The notes: a model not told the origin generated them from the sequence alone. DNA of 64,000 bases from Octopus bimaculoides (GCF_001194135.2 NC_068991.1:76814069-76878068), one strand, 5' to 3'. Positions 1 through 13,108 are shown, counted from the stretch's first letter. Numbers and translations: made by a program.

Positions 1-1104
1 ACACATCCAGTAGATATGATCCCCAAAAAAGGACAGTTCAACACGATGTTGATAATCATAGATTCACTACATCCCATGCCATGTGTGTATGTGTACATTT
101 TTAAAGTTTATTATGCAAATGCTTAAACATACATTTAGCCCTTGTTTGCTGGTCATATAATGACTGACAATGGTTAGTGAAACATATCTATGATGGTCTT
201 GTGGACATAAAAAAGAATCCCACAAAAAAAAAAATGAAAGCTGAACAAAAGCTGAGACCAGATTACAGCTTATTGCTTTATAGCCACCACTTAAAACAGA
301 GGAGAAGATTAGAATACGAAAAAAATGCATAATCATATTACAGCAGTAATAACTAGATAAAAACAAAAAATCATTTGTGAATCTAATATATATAGAGTCT
401 TGCTTCCCACTATGGCCTAAATACTAACACAACTGAAAAAAAAAAAGATATTGACATTCTGAAATCATCTGAAACCCCACCCCCTACAGTCACTGACAGC
501 TTTTGTTATGAATAACTAATTTCTATTGTTTAAATGCAGCAAATTTGGTAGTATTCATTTCTAATATTACTGCAAATGGTAATATTCAGAGACCAGTCCT
601 ACACATGCACAGTCTGTTTGTGTGTATACATTTAGAGTAAATGCTGTCCATTTCAGCCAATCTAAATGCCATCTGTAATTATGACTTGTAATTTCAAAAC
701 CTCATCTTTTTATATAAATGTGGATGGGGAGATAGATAAAACATGTATACATTCAAGCCAGAACACTGAGCATTCAGCAACATCAAACTAATGCGAGATC
801 CTGTGATTGGTCAACCTGCTACAAATAGCAAGTTGCCAAATTTCAATTAAAAAAAAAAAAAGAATTGATTAATGTGGTTATTGATGTACTATATCCAAAT
901 GAAAGAAGTGATGGTCACAGCTGAAGTGTCTTATCTTCTGTTTCCTCACTATATCAAGATTAATCTCAGGTTAAACAATAACTATTGTTATTATTACTTT
1001 TATTAGCATTGTCAAGGACTAAATACAATAATCACTCAAACATCTCCACACGCACAAATCTAACTAGGAATTATTTGCAACAGCACTACAATGAGAGAGA
1101 GATG

Positions 1105-1148
1105 GAGGGAGGTAGGTAGGTTGGTAGATAGGTAGGTAGGTAGACAGG

Positions 1149-1183
<35 letters not shown>

Positions 1184-1272
1184 GTAGGTAGATAGATAGG
1201 TAGATAGATAGGTAGACAGGTAGTGTCCATAGGTAGATGGATGGATGGATAGATAGGCAGGTAGGTAGTGTC
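1105..1272. repeat. (GGTA)n/(GATA)n compound tetranucleotide microsatellite
   Basis: Directly visible; accounts for ORF 1060..1275. Confidence 0.95.
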
Positions 1273-1730
1273 CATAAATTCTTGTAACAGTTTGAAAAAT
1301 TCAGAGCAAAAAAGTCTCAGCAGAGTTTATTGGAAAACATAGGCAAAGTTTTATTAGAAACATCAGAAGGCTTCAACGTGAGCTCCGTAGCTTGCATGCA
1401 ACACATCTACACAATGCTCAATTTTTAGTGTAAAGATAATTTATAAACACTTTTGTGTGTATAACACAGAAACTTTAGTAAAAGTTAAATGTAGAAAGAC
1501 ATACCAGCATTCTCAGATATCAAATTTGACTAACATAAAATAAACTCAAGTGTACAAATGATACATCCGTTTATAGCTAGTCTCAAATTTTCCAATGAAT
1601 CTTAATAAACCAAGGAACCCAACCGACTTGCTACACAATACTAAAATGTTTGGCCAAGACTGAGAAGAAAAAAATGTTAGGCATGTTTTTGTAACTTAGC
1701 AGAGCCCATCCCTCTCTAGATCTGATATCT

Positions 1731-2112
1731 TATTTTTTACTTGTTTCGGTCATTTGACTGTGACCATGCTGGGGCACCACCTTGAAGGATTTTATTCGAA
1801 CAAATTGACACCAGGTCTAATAATTTTTTTTAAAGTCTGGTCTTTATTTTATTGGTCTCTTTGCCAAACCACTAAGTTACGGGGATGTGAACATATCAAC
1901 ACCAGTTGTCAAGTGGTAGTGGGGGATAAACAGACATATATATATCATGTATTACACAAACACACACACACACGACCAGCTTCTTTCAGTTTCCATTTAC
2001 CAAATCCACTCACAAGGCTTTGGTAGAAGACACTTGCCCCAGGTGCTACGCAGTGGGGCTGAACCTGGAACCATGTGGTTGGGAAGCAAGCTTCTTACCA
2101 CATAGCCATGCT
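1731..2112 (-). mobile_element. tRNA-derived SINE, family A (octopod OR/OK-like)
   Basis: Reverse complement of the family whose head is GGAGTGGCTGTGTGG...GGTTCAGTCCC and which contains CCTTGGGCAAGTGTCTTCTACTATAGCC; many copies in the window. Confidence 0.85.
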
Positions 2113-2329
2113 GGCACTTATTCTCCAATTCCTCCAAGAAAGAAACAAACAGAATAATCAACCCCGGGGCAAGACCGGTACTTTATTGACCTCAAAAGGA
2201 AGACAAGCAATGTTGACCTTGGCAGTGTTTGAACTTAGTGAACAGAGAACCAAAAGGATTACCAGAAAGCGATCTACCCTTTAACTCTTTAACAACTTGG
2301 CCAGTTCATCATCTTAATACCAAAATTCT

Positions 2330-2437
2330 CAGTAACAAAAGATTATTTAAGCTATGCAAGCGATGCAGTTTGTTTCAGTGCAAGCCTCAGTCCGCCAAAG
2401 TTCTTGCAGCTTTCTTCCCTTTACATCTACAACACCC
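2330..2437 (-). other. Possible terminal exon (unassigned)
   Basis: Strong acceptor TTTTTTGTTTTGTTCAG followed by short open frames (GVVDVKGRKLQELWRTEACTETNCIACIA* or xCCRCKGKKAARTLAD*). No homology recognised. Confidence 0.15.
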
Positions 2438-3499
2438 TGAACAAAACAAAAAACAACATTCTAAGAACACAACCCATTCCACTTGGTGCAGACAAACAAA
2501 AACAAGAAAAAACAAATGTACATGATATTAGGTTGTACAATGCTGAAAAAATTACAAAACTGTAATGGTTACTCTAAAACCAAGTCTATCTTGTCTGCTT
2601 CTATTGTGCTCACCAACAGAGCCTTGCAGTAAACAGGACTAGGGAGGGGTACAATGGGGAATACATATCTGGCCCAGACTGCTACTCTCACCCCCAGATA
2701 ACAAAGCACCATGTTATTGAGTAGAGCTTGAACTATACCTGGTTACTGAACTAGCTATCTATACACCATAGGTTTTCTTAAGTAGACGTATACAATAATA
2801 GGTGTAGTTTGGCCAAATAGTTAAGGAGTTTACTTCACAGGCACAATGTCTTGGGTTTGATCCCACTGCATGGCAGCTTGAGCAAATGCTATTTCCAATA
2901 GCTTCATGTTAACCCATGCCATGTGAATGAAATTGGGTAGACAGAAACTGAATAGAAGCCAACCAGGTGGAGTACACCTGTGACTCAAAAGTGTACACAA
3001 GTCTGTGGAATACTCGGTTACTAAGACGTTAATTTAAGAGTAAGTTATATGGTTGATCAAACTACTGAATCCTCACAATCAAACAATGGAGATTCACCAA
3101 AATAACAAAAAGATTAAATTTGAAATTTAATGACTGAGCACACATAATCTTCAGTAGAAGCAAAATTAAATTGAAAGAGAAATTATCACATCATAGATTA
3201 GTTTAATTCTACTCCCTGTTTAATAGATTGGAATTATTACATTTTAGACAGAAAAAATATGAAAATAAGAACTAAAAGAAATGTAGAAATATGTATAGTA
3301 ATGATACAAACCTAAACAGCTAACCATAAAGTGCAGAAGTTAACTGAGAAAAGATATGTTTAATGGTTCAGTCCATTTACTTATTTAAGTATCTTTCTGC
3401 TGACTAAAAATGAAGGTGAATAAAATATAAAAAGATAAAAATTGCATATCATCTTAGATGTAACCAACAAGTGTTAGGGTTCAAATCTGAGGTTAATTC

Positions 3500-4032
3500 A
3501 ATTTGTATCATGGTCGATTTCAATTTTCTTCAATATTTTTATTTACTTATTTAATGAAATTAATTGATGTATTCTGTTTATAAAAAATAGTTTCATTACA
3601 TTCTTGAATTGGCATGGTTTTCTCATCAATGTTTTTGTTGTAATTTACCAGGAATTGTTTATGATATGAACATAGTATTCAGTGCAGTACGGTGGACTTA
3701 GGAACATATATGGGTTTATATCAAGAAATACATGTCTTTATACAAATATATATTATTTATATTGACAATTGTCCGTATATTAAAAATATTTATAGTGCAA
3801 GGAAAATAAGCTGTATCTTTGAAAGCAAATATTCCTTTTTATTGTAGATTTTGATGCCTCCAGCAACCATTTGACAATTCATCACTGCTTTGATCAATTT
3901 TTATTTTCTTCATTTTTTTACTTTTTTTCATTTAATGAAATTAATTGATGTGTTTTGTTTATAAAACTAGTTTCATTATATTTTTGAAGTTTTCTCATGG
4001 CATATATAGATCAATGCTTTTGTTGTAATTTA
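3500..4032 (+). repeat. Diverged ~150-bp direct duplication (about 3500-3645 and 3880-4032)
   Basis: Both copies share ATTTAATGAAATTAATTGATGT...TAGTTTCATTA...ATCAATG...TTTGTTGTAATTTA. Confidence 0.8.
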
Positions 4033-5370
4033 ATATCAAGTCAACCCTGATCAAGCAGGCTTTTAATTAAAACATTCTAGCAATGACCTTCTTGGCCTAT
4101 TATCTATCTGGGAGTACATTGTTCAATGTGTCCTTTTTCTAAGGGACATGAAGGTGATTTGACTGTTATTTTGAGCAGACTGAGTAGCTGCATAAAGGTT
4201 CCTTTAATGGAATGTCTCTGTTTTCGCTATACATACTGGGGTAGTGTTTCTTGTTTACTCCATGTACAGTGTTTAACCAGAAAGCCTCCAGTTTCTTTTA
4301 AGAGGAGAGGGTGTTGTTGTTGTTTAACCCCAGGTCAGCCTTGATCCAGTAGGCCTATGTCCAAAGGTATTTTATCCTTGACTATCCTATCATTTTCCAT
4401 TTTATTTTTTTTTGCACATGATCTTATGAAGAACTACATTATCCAAAGTAACTTTATTTTTTTAAGACAGTGAGCTGTAATTCAAGGAATGTTTAGCTGC
4501 TATTTCCAAGAGAAATTTCTACACTATTTTCAACAAATCAAGTAATCACAGACACTTTCTCATTGGCATTTGGAGAGGAGTAAATTGGAATTGTGAAGGT
4601 CACACTTATTAAAGGGTAATTAGAAATGTAAATAAAGTGAAAGCAACAAACAGGTGTAAAAAAAGAAAAACTAGGTTACATTCCCAGCTGATAGGGGAGA
4701 TTATTTCCTTTTATACATCACTCAGCTGGGGGGGGGGGTTTAGATAATACTATAATAGAAACATCCGAGGGGAAGAGATGATCCAACTAAATAGATTTAA
4801 ATGTTGAATAGAAAGCAGTAGATACCATAACTGGGGCCATTAACCCTTTTAATACTAACCCTCCTGAGACTGTGATATAAGCTTTCTTTTTTAAAGTGAA
4901 TTAATTCTTTGCTTGTCCAAATCGTTTTTGTAAGTTGTCCTAAACATCCATACTTGTTCTCAGATTTGTGGTCAGTCCATCTGAGCTAGATAAAGGATTC
5001 AAAGTGATTTTGGCAAAATAAGTAACTTTATCACAATTAATCCATTAGCATTTAAACTGGTGCTGGTTTGTTGATCCCAGCCCAAATATTCTACCTGTTT
5101 TATGTTCACACTAGCCAGATCTGGCCTCTCACACCAACCCAACAAAATCATGCTAGACAGGTGTTCGCTATATAGAATACACCATGAAGTGCTGAAGAGA
5201 TCTGAACTTGAGCCGGTAGATGAGTAAATATAAGGACAAGCAAGTCAGGCAAGTTGATTTACATAGAATATCAAATACATTTAAAAGAAAAAAATGTGTA
5301 TGGATATAAAATAGTCTGACTTACAGAATATAAATGGTATCAGGAGTTAAATGAGTAGAGTTTTAAGAGT

Positions 5371-5458
5371 CCGACAGTTGTTTCTGGGGACTTGGTGATC
5401 TGGAATAATGATAGTTACTTGGATCCATTATCAAGTAACACCGCCTCCATCTTCAGGG
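5371..5458 (-). ncRNA. Hammerhead ribozyme-like motif (type I, long stem II, weak stem I), Penelope-like repeat end
   Basis: Minus strand CC-CUGAAGA-UGG...CCA-GAAA-C-aacu-GUC-GG: core intact, internal 8-bp stem GTTACTTG/CAAGTAAC, stem I only 2 bp. Confidence 0.45.
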
Positions 5459-6101
5459 GAGAATTTTACATTTGAGGTGTTGACAGGATGGAGTTTAAAG
5501 ATGGATATATATATATATATATATGATGGGCTTCAACATAGTTTTCTTCTGCCGAATTCACTCATAAGGAATTGGTCAACCTGGTGCTACAGTTGAAGAC
5601 ATTGAAGACACATGCTGAAGGTACTGCAGACAGGGATTGAACCACAAAACGACATGGTTATAAAACAAACTGTTTAACCATTCAGTCATGTCTGTGTTAG
5701 ATAGATATTTGGCTGGGTTTTTTTGTTGTTTTTTCTTGTTTTTTTTTCTGCCTGTAGGTTGAACAACCATGTAGAGAGTGTTGAGGCAAGATAGCTAAAT
5801 CAATAAGCTGTCAAACGAACTGACAATACATAATTCATAATTTCCAATCAGCTACTGGCACATCATCATGTTTCTATTTTGTTACTTTCCTTCAGTGTAC
5901 CAAGCTGCCAGGGGAACACATTAGAATATCTAGGAATATATATTTTTTTTATATTTCATTTTATATAATGCTTTGTGAACATTAGCTTCCTTGGTTACAG
6001 GTTTCAAACTGAGCCAATCATTGGCTGCTTACATCATTTACTGATGGTGAGAATAACAAGAGCACCATTTTATTTTTTCCATGAGAATTTTTATATATAT
6101 A

Positions 6102-6142
<41 letters not shown>

Positions 6143-6973
6143 TTCACTGATATACGTTAATGAAAGATTACACAGATAGGAAGCTTCACACTAGGGAGAG
6201 AGAGCACTGTTGTTCACGCTGTGCCGGTGTAAGTTAGTGTTTCTTTTCGACTCAGCATGTGTTGGACTTAAAAACGTGTTTATATTCTTGAATGTGATAA
6301 AATGTGGAATTAGATTATTATTCTGCTTCCAGCTTCAGTGTTACTGCCAGGATTTGAAAAATAGGGCAGATTTACCCCCTCCCCCTCACCACCTTATTTT
6401 GTGATTTAGTGGGGATCTTTAAAAGACAAGGGGAATTCATGGCAGAGTTCTTTTTATGTTTGTTTCCTTTTACACAATATTAAAACAACAGCTAAAAATT
6501 TTCTGAAGGAGCACTTCCACTAATTTTATCTACGAGCTGCCACTGGTACCAGGTTAGCCAAATTCAAGTAAACTTATAGTCAAAGGTATTCTACCTATGT
6601 CCATGTCCAGCAGGTTTTTCAGATTACTCCTACCTATGTTATTTGATGTGTCCTTCTTTCATTTATTTTACTTTTTTCTTTTGTTTTTTTCATCTTTGAG
6701 ATGGTAGATTGTGATCTTGCTACTCTTTCTAGCAGGCTAAGCATCCATGTAGAGGCTTGTTTATTGGCTCAAGTCTTTGATACTGCTTCTATTTTTGCAT
6801 CGTTTTATGTTTCATTTACCAATAATTGAAGTCTCATATATTCATAATATAATCATTGATGAGGTGAAGAAAATGTTAAAGGTTAATTGAAGACCGAAAT
6901 ATGACAGAACTTGTTTAAGATGCACGAAAGAACATCAGTTGAAATGAATACCAAAATACTTCTATTCAAGATA

Positions 6974-7437
6974 TGAAGGGGTACCCAAAAGTAAACGTTC
7001 TCTGTGGGACAAACTCATTGTAGTTCCAGCTTCCACCACTAGAAGCTACTTGATGCAACCCTCAGGCATCAGTCTGCTGACCAGCAGTGTCAAGTGAAGT
7101 TATACTGCCATGTGGTGCGTCTTTGTTTTGCAGTGCTTCTCCTTTGTCTGTCGATTTTTGCGATGGCTGAAATGAAAAAACAACATGCTTCCGTGAAATT
7201 CTGTTTTCTGCTGGCAAAAGTGGCAGCCAAGACAGTTATCATGCTTCTAGCAGCTTACAAGGATGCTGCCATGAGCAAAACACAAGCTTACAAGTGGTTT
7301 CCACACTTTAGGAATGGTCACTTGTTGCTTGATGACCAACCTAGTTCAGGGCGACCATCGACCTCCCAAACAAATGAAAACATCATGGAAATTCATGAAC
7401 TGATCTTGGAGGACCATCACTGAACAATTGATGAACA
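6974..7437 (+). mobile_element. Mariner-type transposon 5' fragment (TIR end plus decayed N-terminal HTH of transposase)
   Basis: TA + TGAAGGGGTACCCAAAAG end; ORF 7094..7423 with QHASVKFCFLL...MSKTQAYKWFPHFRNG...DQPSSGRPSTS matches the mariner HTH_48/SGRP region; second copy at 22608. Confidence 0.85.
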
Positions 7438-7530
7438 ATTAATATTGAAAATATTAATAGTTTTATTAAACTATTAATATTTTCAATATTAATTGTTCAT
7501 CAATTGTTCAGTGATGGTCCTCCAAGATCA
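7401..7530. repeat. Perfect palindrome: 63-bp arms, 4-nt loop
   Basis: 7401-7463 is the exact reverse complement of 7468-7530; loop TATT. Confidence 0.97.
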
Positions 7531-7624
7531 ATAATAATTAATACAGAAATATTAATAGAGAAACAATGATTGAAACATCGTTTTGGGGTATTTAAATCAT
7601 TATATTTTATATCTTACATATAAT

Positions 7625-7930
7625 CCTTTCTTATTTTGGCATAAGACCAGCAATTTTGAGGGGTGGGACAGCTAGTTACATTGACCTCAGTGCTCAACAG
7701 TTTATTGCTATAATGACCTCATGAACACTATGCAAGATAGTGGTGGATGATAGGATTAAGAGATCAAACCCAAGCAATGTTTGACAAACTGATGATTAGA
7801 TGTGCTTATTTTATCACCCCATAAGGATGAAAGGGAAAGTTGACCTCAGTGGAATTTGAACTCAGGTCATAAAAACAAACAAAATGCTGCTAAGCATTTT
7901 GTCCAGCATGCTTATGGTCCTCCCAACTTG
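7625..7930 (-). mobile_element. SINE family C interrupted by a truncated RTE 3' tail (7703-7805)
   Basis: Contains AAGGATGAAAGGGAAAGTTGACCTCAGTGGAATTTGAACTCAG; the insert matches 8736-8833. Confidence 0.7.
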
Positions 7931-8127
7931 CATCCTTTCTATCTTATATATACAACAACTTGTATCATATTATTATGTTTGTATTTCCTTGAAATCTGAG
8001 GAATCGGTTCTGTTAAGTAGGTCAACTCTTTGGTCACTCAACAAACACCTGGTGACACAACTTGATGCCACTTATACTGACATGTCACAAACTGTTTTGA
8101 ATGCTTCCAAACAAGAACTGTACTACA

Positions 8128-8286
8128 AGAGGAGTGGCTGTGTGGTAAGTAGCTTGCGTACCAACCACATGGTTCCAGGTTCAGTCCCACTGCATGGCAC
8201 CTTGGGCAAGTGTCTTCTACTATAGCCTCCGCTTGACCAAAGCCTTGCGAGTGGATTTGGTAGATTGAAACTGAAGGAAGCCCATC

Positions 8287-8344
<58 letters not shown>

Positions 8345-8545
8345 TTGTGTGTGTCTGTGCTTGTCCCCCCCACCGTCACATGACAGCTGATGTTGGCGCG
8401 TTTACATCCCATAACTTAGCAGTTTGGCAAAAGAGACCAATAGAATAAGTACTAGGCTTACAAAGAATAAGTCCTAGGGTCGATTTGTTCGACTAAGAGT
8501 GGTGCTCCAGCATGGCCACAGCCAAATGACTGAAACACATGAAAG
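8128..8545 (+). mobile_element. tRNA-derived SINE, family A, full length
   Basis: A/B-box-like head, central (TA)n, tail ...GGTGCTCCAGCATGGCCACAGCCAAATGACTGAAAC. Confidence 0.9.
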
Positions 8546-8609
8546 AATAAAAAAATAACTGATATCATTAGAGAGAGAACGAATGAGAGGCAGGCAGACA
8601 GACAAACAG

Positions 8610-8835
8610 AGATTTGCAGGACATTGCTGAAGAGCTAAGCAAAAGCTAATTATTGATACACTTCTCTGGACACTCTAACATGGATAAACATGGACCAGCT
8701 TCATTAACCAACTCTGTGTGCAGACACAGAATATTGCCATAGTGACCTCATGAACAGTATGCAGGATAATGATAAATGACAGGATCAAGAGATCAAACTC
8801 AAGCAATATTTGACAAACTGATGATTAGATGTGTT
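8610..8835 (+). mobile_element. RTE-clade LINE 3' end remnant
   Basis: Frameshifted KLIIDTLLWTL*HG...FINQLC.DTEYCHSDLMNSMQD resembles the RTE ORF2 C-terminus (LLWTPxHG...QLCxDTG...DL...MxDR). Confidence 0.6.
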
Positions 8836-9094
8836 GGGTCTAGCTTAACCCTTTAACATTTAAACCAGCCATATCTAGCCCAGATATCCTACATGTATTA
8901 TGTTCAAACAAGCCAGATCTACCAAATCCACTCACAAGGCTTTGGTTGGCCAGGGGCTATAGTAGAAGACACTTGCCCAAGGTGCCACCCAGTGGGACTG
9001 AGCCCGGAACCATGTGTTTGGTAAGCAAGCTACTTACCACATAGCCACTGATCTTGAAAATATTTTATGATTTCATTGTATGCAAGAATCAATA

Positions 9095-10535
9095 TCTATA
9101 AAACAGAAGATGTTTCTGTGTGTGTGTACGTGATGTGGGTTATGCACGTCCACAAATTAGCACGCATGTCGCTCCAATTTTAGGAGGACATTGTTCATGA
9201 CCCTATCTGTGTTTTTGTCAACTTTTTCTCACAGAGGCACCCGCGTATAGCTGTAAAAATCGATAAACTTTTACCAATTTTGAAGTTTGTTGACATGGCG
9301 AAGTCAAATCTGTGCGTACGCGTGTGAAGGAGAGAGAGCAAGCGAGAGAGAAAGAAAGAAAGAGAGGGAGAAAGAAAGAGAGAGAGAAAGAAAGAAAGAG
9401 AGAGAGAGAGAAAGAAAAAAGAGAGAAAGAAAGAAATAGTGTGTTTGTGACAAGGAGAGAAACAGAGTGTTTGCCAAGCGTCTAGAAAAAAAAAATGAAA
9501 AGTGGAAGAGGGAGACAAAGCGGCGAAGGAAAACAAATTTCTCTCACCAAGACAGCGTCTAACAAAAACAAAAAAAAAGGAACGAACAAGTGGAAGAGGG
9601 AGACAAAGCGTATTAGGAAAGAAAATGTAGCTAAGGAAGACAGAGTAAAATGCATTTGTTTTCTTAAACATGAGATATAGTTTCAAATATAAGATGTTTT
9701 TGAAAGACACTATATTCTATAATAAGATTATATATACTTTCTCACACAACAATTCAAATATATTTATTTTAAATTATTTATTTATTTTAAATCGTTCATC
9801 TTTCTCCCCCCCCTCTCACTCTCACACATACGCACATATACTACTTTGGGAGCGAAANNNNNNNNNNNNNNNNNNNNNNNNNNNNNNNNNNNNNNNNNNN
9901 NNNNNNNNNNNNNNNNNNNNNNNNNNNNNNNNNNNNNNNNNNNNNNNNNNNNNNNNNNNNNNNNNNNNNNNNNNNNNNNNNNNNNNNNNNNNNNNNNNNN
10001 NNNNNNNNNNNNNNNNNNNNNNNNNNNNNNNNNNNNNNNNNNNNNNNNNNNNNNNNNNNNNNNNNNNNNNNNNNNNNNNNNNNNNNNNNNNNNNNNNNNN
10101 NNNNNNNNNNNNNNNNNNNNNNNNNNNNNNNNNNNNNNNNNNNNNNNNNNNNNNNNNNNNNAGGGTTAGGGTTTAGGGTTAGGGCTAGAGTTAACATAGA
10201 AGGGACAGGCTCCTTATTTTTGGGTTAAGGTTGTTGGTAAGCTTTCCTAAGTTACTCCAATCCAGATCCCCAATGCAAACCTTCAGATCAACCTTCTCCT
10301 ATGCAGATCTCTAATGCAACATTTAAAAAAAGAGTCAATAAGTGAAAATAACCAATAAACTGATTCCTTATGGGATTTCCCAATCAAATTGCCAGCAAAC
10401 CATTTTCAGCCAAACCAATTTCAACGGATTTCGCTCAAATCTGATGTCGATGTTACTTATTTTGGTTTGAAATAAAGGACTTAATCATTTAATAATCCTA
10501 GCTTAATCCCGAGCAGCGCCGGGTTATACTGCTAG
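9095..10535 (+). mobile_element. Non-autonomous Helitron-like element
   Basis: 5' A|TCTATAAAAC at 9095; 3' hairpin CCCGAGCAGCGCCGGG (10508-10523) then TTATACTGCTAG|T; internal (GA)n, N gap and TTAGGG-like repeats at 10162-10185. Pairing of the two ends is inferred across the gap. Confidence 0.65.
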
Positions 10536-11276
10536 TAATTAATAAAACAAGGCAAACAATAATGTTGTATACATTTTTACTATTTTTTTTTAAACTTTGA
10601 AATATAATTTTGTTTCATTTTGAATCCAAAATTTGCCAGTAGTTTCATTATATTTCATCTCTGGTGCATTACAAAGTCAAAAATATTGATAAAACACAGA
10701 GATGTCTGTTCAAGACATAAAATGATAGCAGCTCTAAAATATGGTATCTGAATGAGAGAGGACATACAGGAATCACAAAAAAATTTTAAAATAATAATAA
10801 AAATAAAGCTTGTATCGACAAAAAGCAAAACTTTCCAGAATATAGAAATAGATTTTTTTATGTATTGTCTTGAAAGATTCATGATCTGAAACTGCGAGTT
10901 GAAACAAATATTACAGCATTTTGGGAGGATCATTCACCTATAAACACGCACATATATATACACATACATACACATACACACATATACACACATATACACA
11001 CACTCCAGTTGCTTACTAACTGATGGACTTATTATTTTCTTTTAATGTCTTTCACTACACATGTGTAGCCTCCTTAATGAGTTTTCCATCACTTGCATCA
11101 GAAACTACAATCAGCAAATGTGTTTTTATTGCTAAAATGAATCATCCTCGAATACGGACAAGCCCCATCCAGGATATAAATAAAAAACAAAAAATAAACG
11201 AGTAATACATATTTTATATGTTTTTCTATGTTAACACAAATAAGATGTTACATACATGTGTGCGTGTGCGCATGTA

Positions 11277-11314
<38 letters not shown>

Positions 11315-11319
<5 letters not shown>

Positions 11320-11764
11320 TTTTATTCTTTTACTTGTTTCAGTCATTTGACTGTGGCCATGCTGGAGCACCACCTTTAGTTGAGCAAATCGACCCCAGGA
11401 CTTATTCTTTGTAAGCCTGGTACTTATTCTATTGGTCTCTTTTGCCAAACCACTGAGTTACGGGGACATAAATGCACCAGCATCAGTTGTCAAGCGATGT
11501 TGTATATATATATATACATATATATATATATACATATCTATTTATATATATATGTATGTATTCTTACAAATGTTTTAGAATAAATAAATAGACATAATAG
11601 AATGTCTAACAACTGATATATGTCATGTCTGTATCCCCTCCATTTTCTTTTTGCTGTATATATATANNNNNNNNNNNNNNNNNNNNNNNNNNNNNNNNNN
11701 NNNNNNNNNNNNNNNNNNNNNNNNNNNNNNNNNNNNNNNNNNNNNNNNNNNNNNNNNNNNNNNN

Positions 11765-11795
<31 letters not shown>

Positions 11796-11975
11796 CATAT
11801 GTATGGATGTATGTAAGTATACAATGGGTTTCTTTCAGTTTCCATCTACTAAATCCACTCACAAGGCTTTGGTTGACTCGAGGCTATAGTTGAAGACACT
11901 TGCTCAAGGTATCATGCAGTGGGACTGAATCTAGAAATATGAGGTTGGGAAACAAGCTTTTTTCAACACAATCCT
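11315..11975 (-). mobile_element. tRNA-derived SINE family A sequence spanning an N gap
   Basis: Family A 3' half at 11315-11500 and 5' half at 11825-11975. Confidence 0.8.
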
Positions 11976-12847
11976 TGTAAAAATGAGTTTGTTATTAATA
12001 AAATTGGCTTATTGAGTAGACAGACCTCCCAAAGCCTGGAATCCATGGGGAAATTCATTTAAATAAAAGAGATCTTTGGTAAAAGGAAAGGTTGGAATCC
12101 ACTGCCGAAGATGGTTGTTTGAACTTCAAGAATTAACAACCGAACCATTATCAAACTATACCTTACAATCTTAAAAACAGAGGAGAAGATATTGAATCAG
12201 TAAGTCTGGTGTACTCTATACCTGGAAGAAAGACAAAATGGTCATTGCTGAACTCTTTTGATCATTGGTCAGTTCAGTCAGGTTGACCTAGGGTTAAACA
12301 ACAGCACCAGCAACAGAAACAACTGTTGTGGGTCACATGTTAAGTGTCAGTGAATTCAGTTAAGCTGACATAACTCAAAATGATGCTGTTTCTTAGGTGA
12401 CCCCTCCCCAGTCTGGACCTTAGGTATTATGGGACATGCCCCCACCATATTCAGAGCCAACATAATAAATGTGAGTGAGGTTATTACAGATGGTTTCCTA
12501 TCTGAGGTCTACTCGGTCTAAACAACTAAACATACAGCAACAACAGCAACAAGACTCGGTTTCATGATTAGGGCAACAGTGGGTTGTTGTTTTGAAGGCT
12601 GAACAAATTGTACAATGATATAATATCAGGATTAGAAAATACTGTATGATGTTAATGTTACATAAATTGTTGTTAACGATAAAACACATCTTGCTGTGCC
12701 AGTGTCCACTTCAAGGACAGTCATAATTGTCTCTGTCCCTGACTCATAACTTGAGATGAAGAAGAAAAACATAAACAACAAGAAGAGAAAAAAAAATCTA
12801 GAATGTAAAACAGCATAAGTGGAAAGAAGACGAGAGGAGAGGAAGAA

Positions 12848-12885
<38 letters not shown>

Positions 12886-13108
12886 AACTATGGCCACAAT
12901 CAGAAATTAAGAGGGAAAGATGAAAATGATGACAAAGCAATCTCTCTCTCTCTCTTCTTTTGTGTGTCTCTCTTTCTCTCTCTCTCTCTCACTTTTTGTG
13001 TGTGTGTGTGTTTCTCGCCTTTTATATGTACATATACATATATATATATATATATATATATCATCATTAAACGACGATGATGGTGATGATGATGATCGTA
13101 TATATATA

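Noticed and set aside
10162-10190. True telomere or chromosome end at the gap
   Set aside because: Only a few imperfect hexamers inside a Helitron-like element, with ordinary sequence continuing on both sides.
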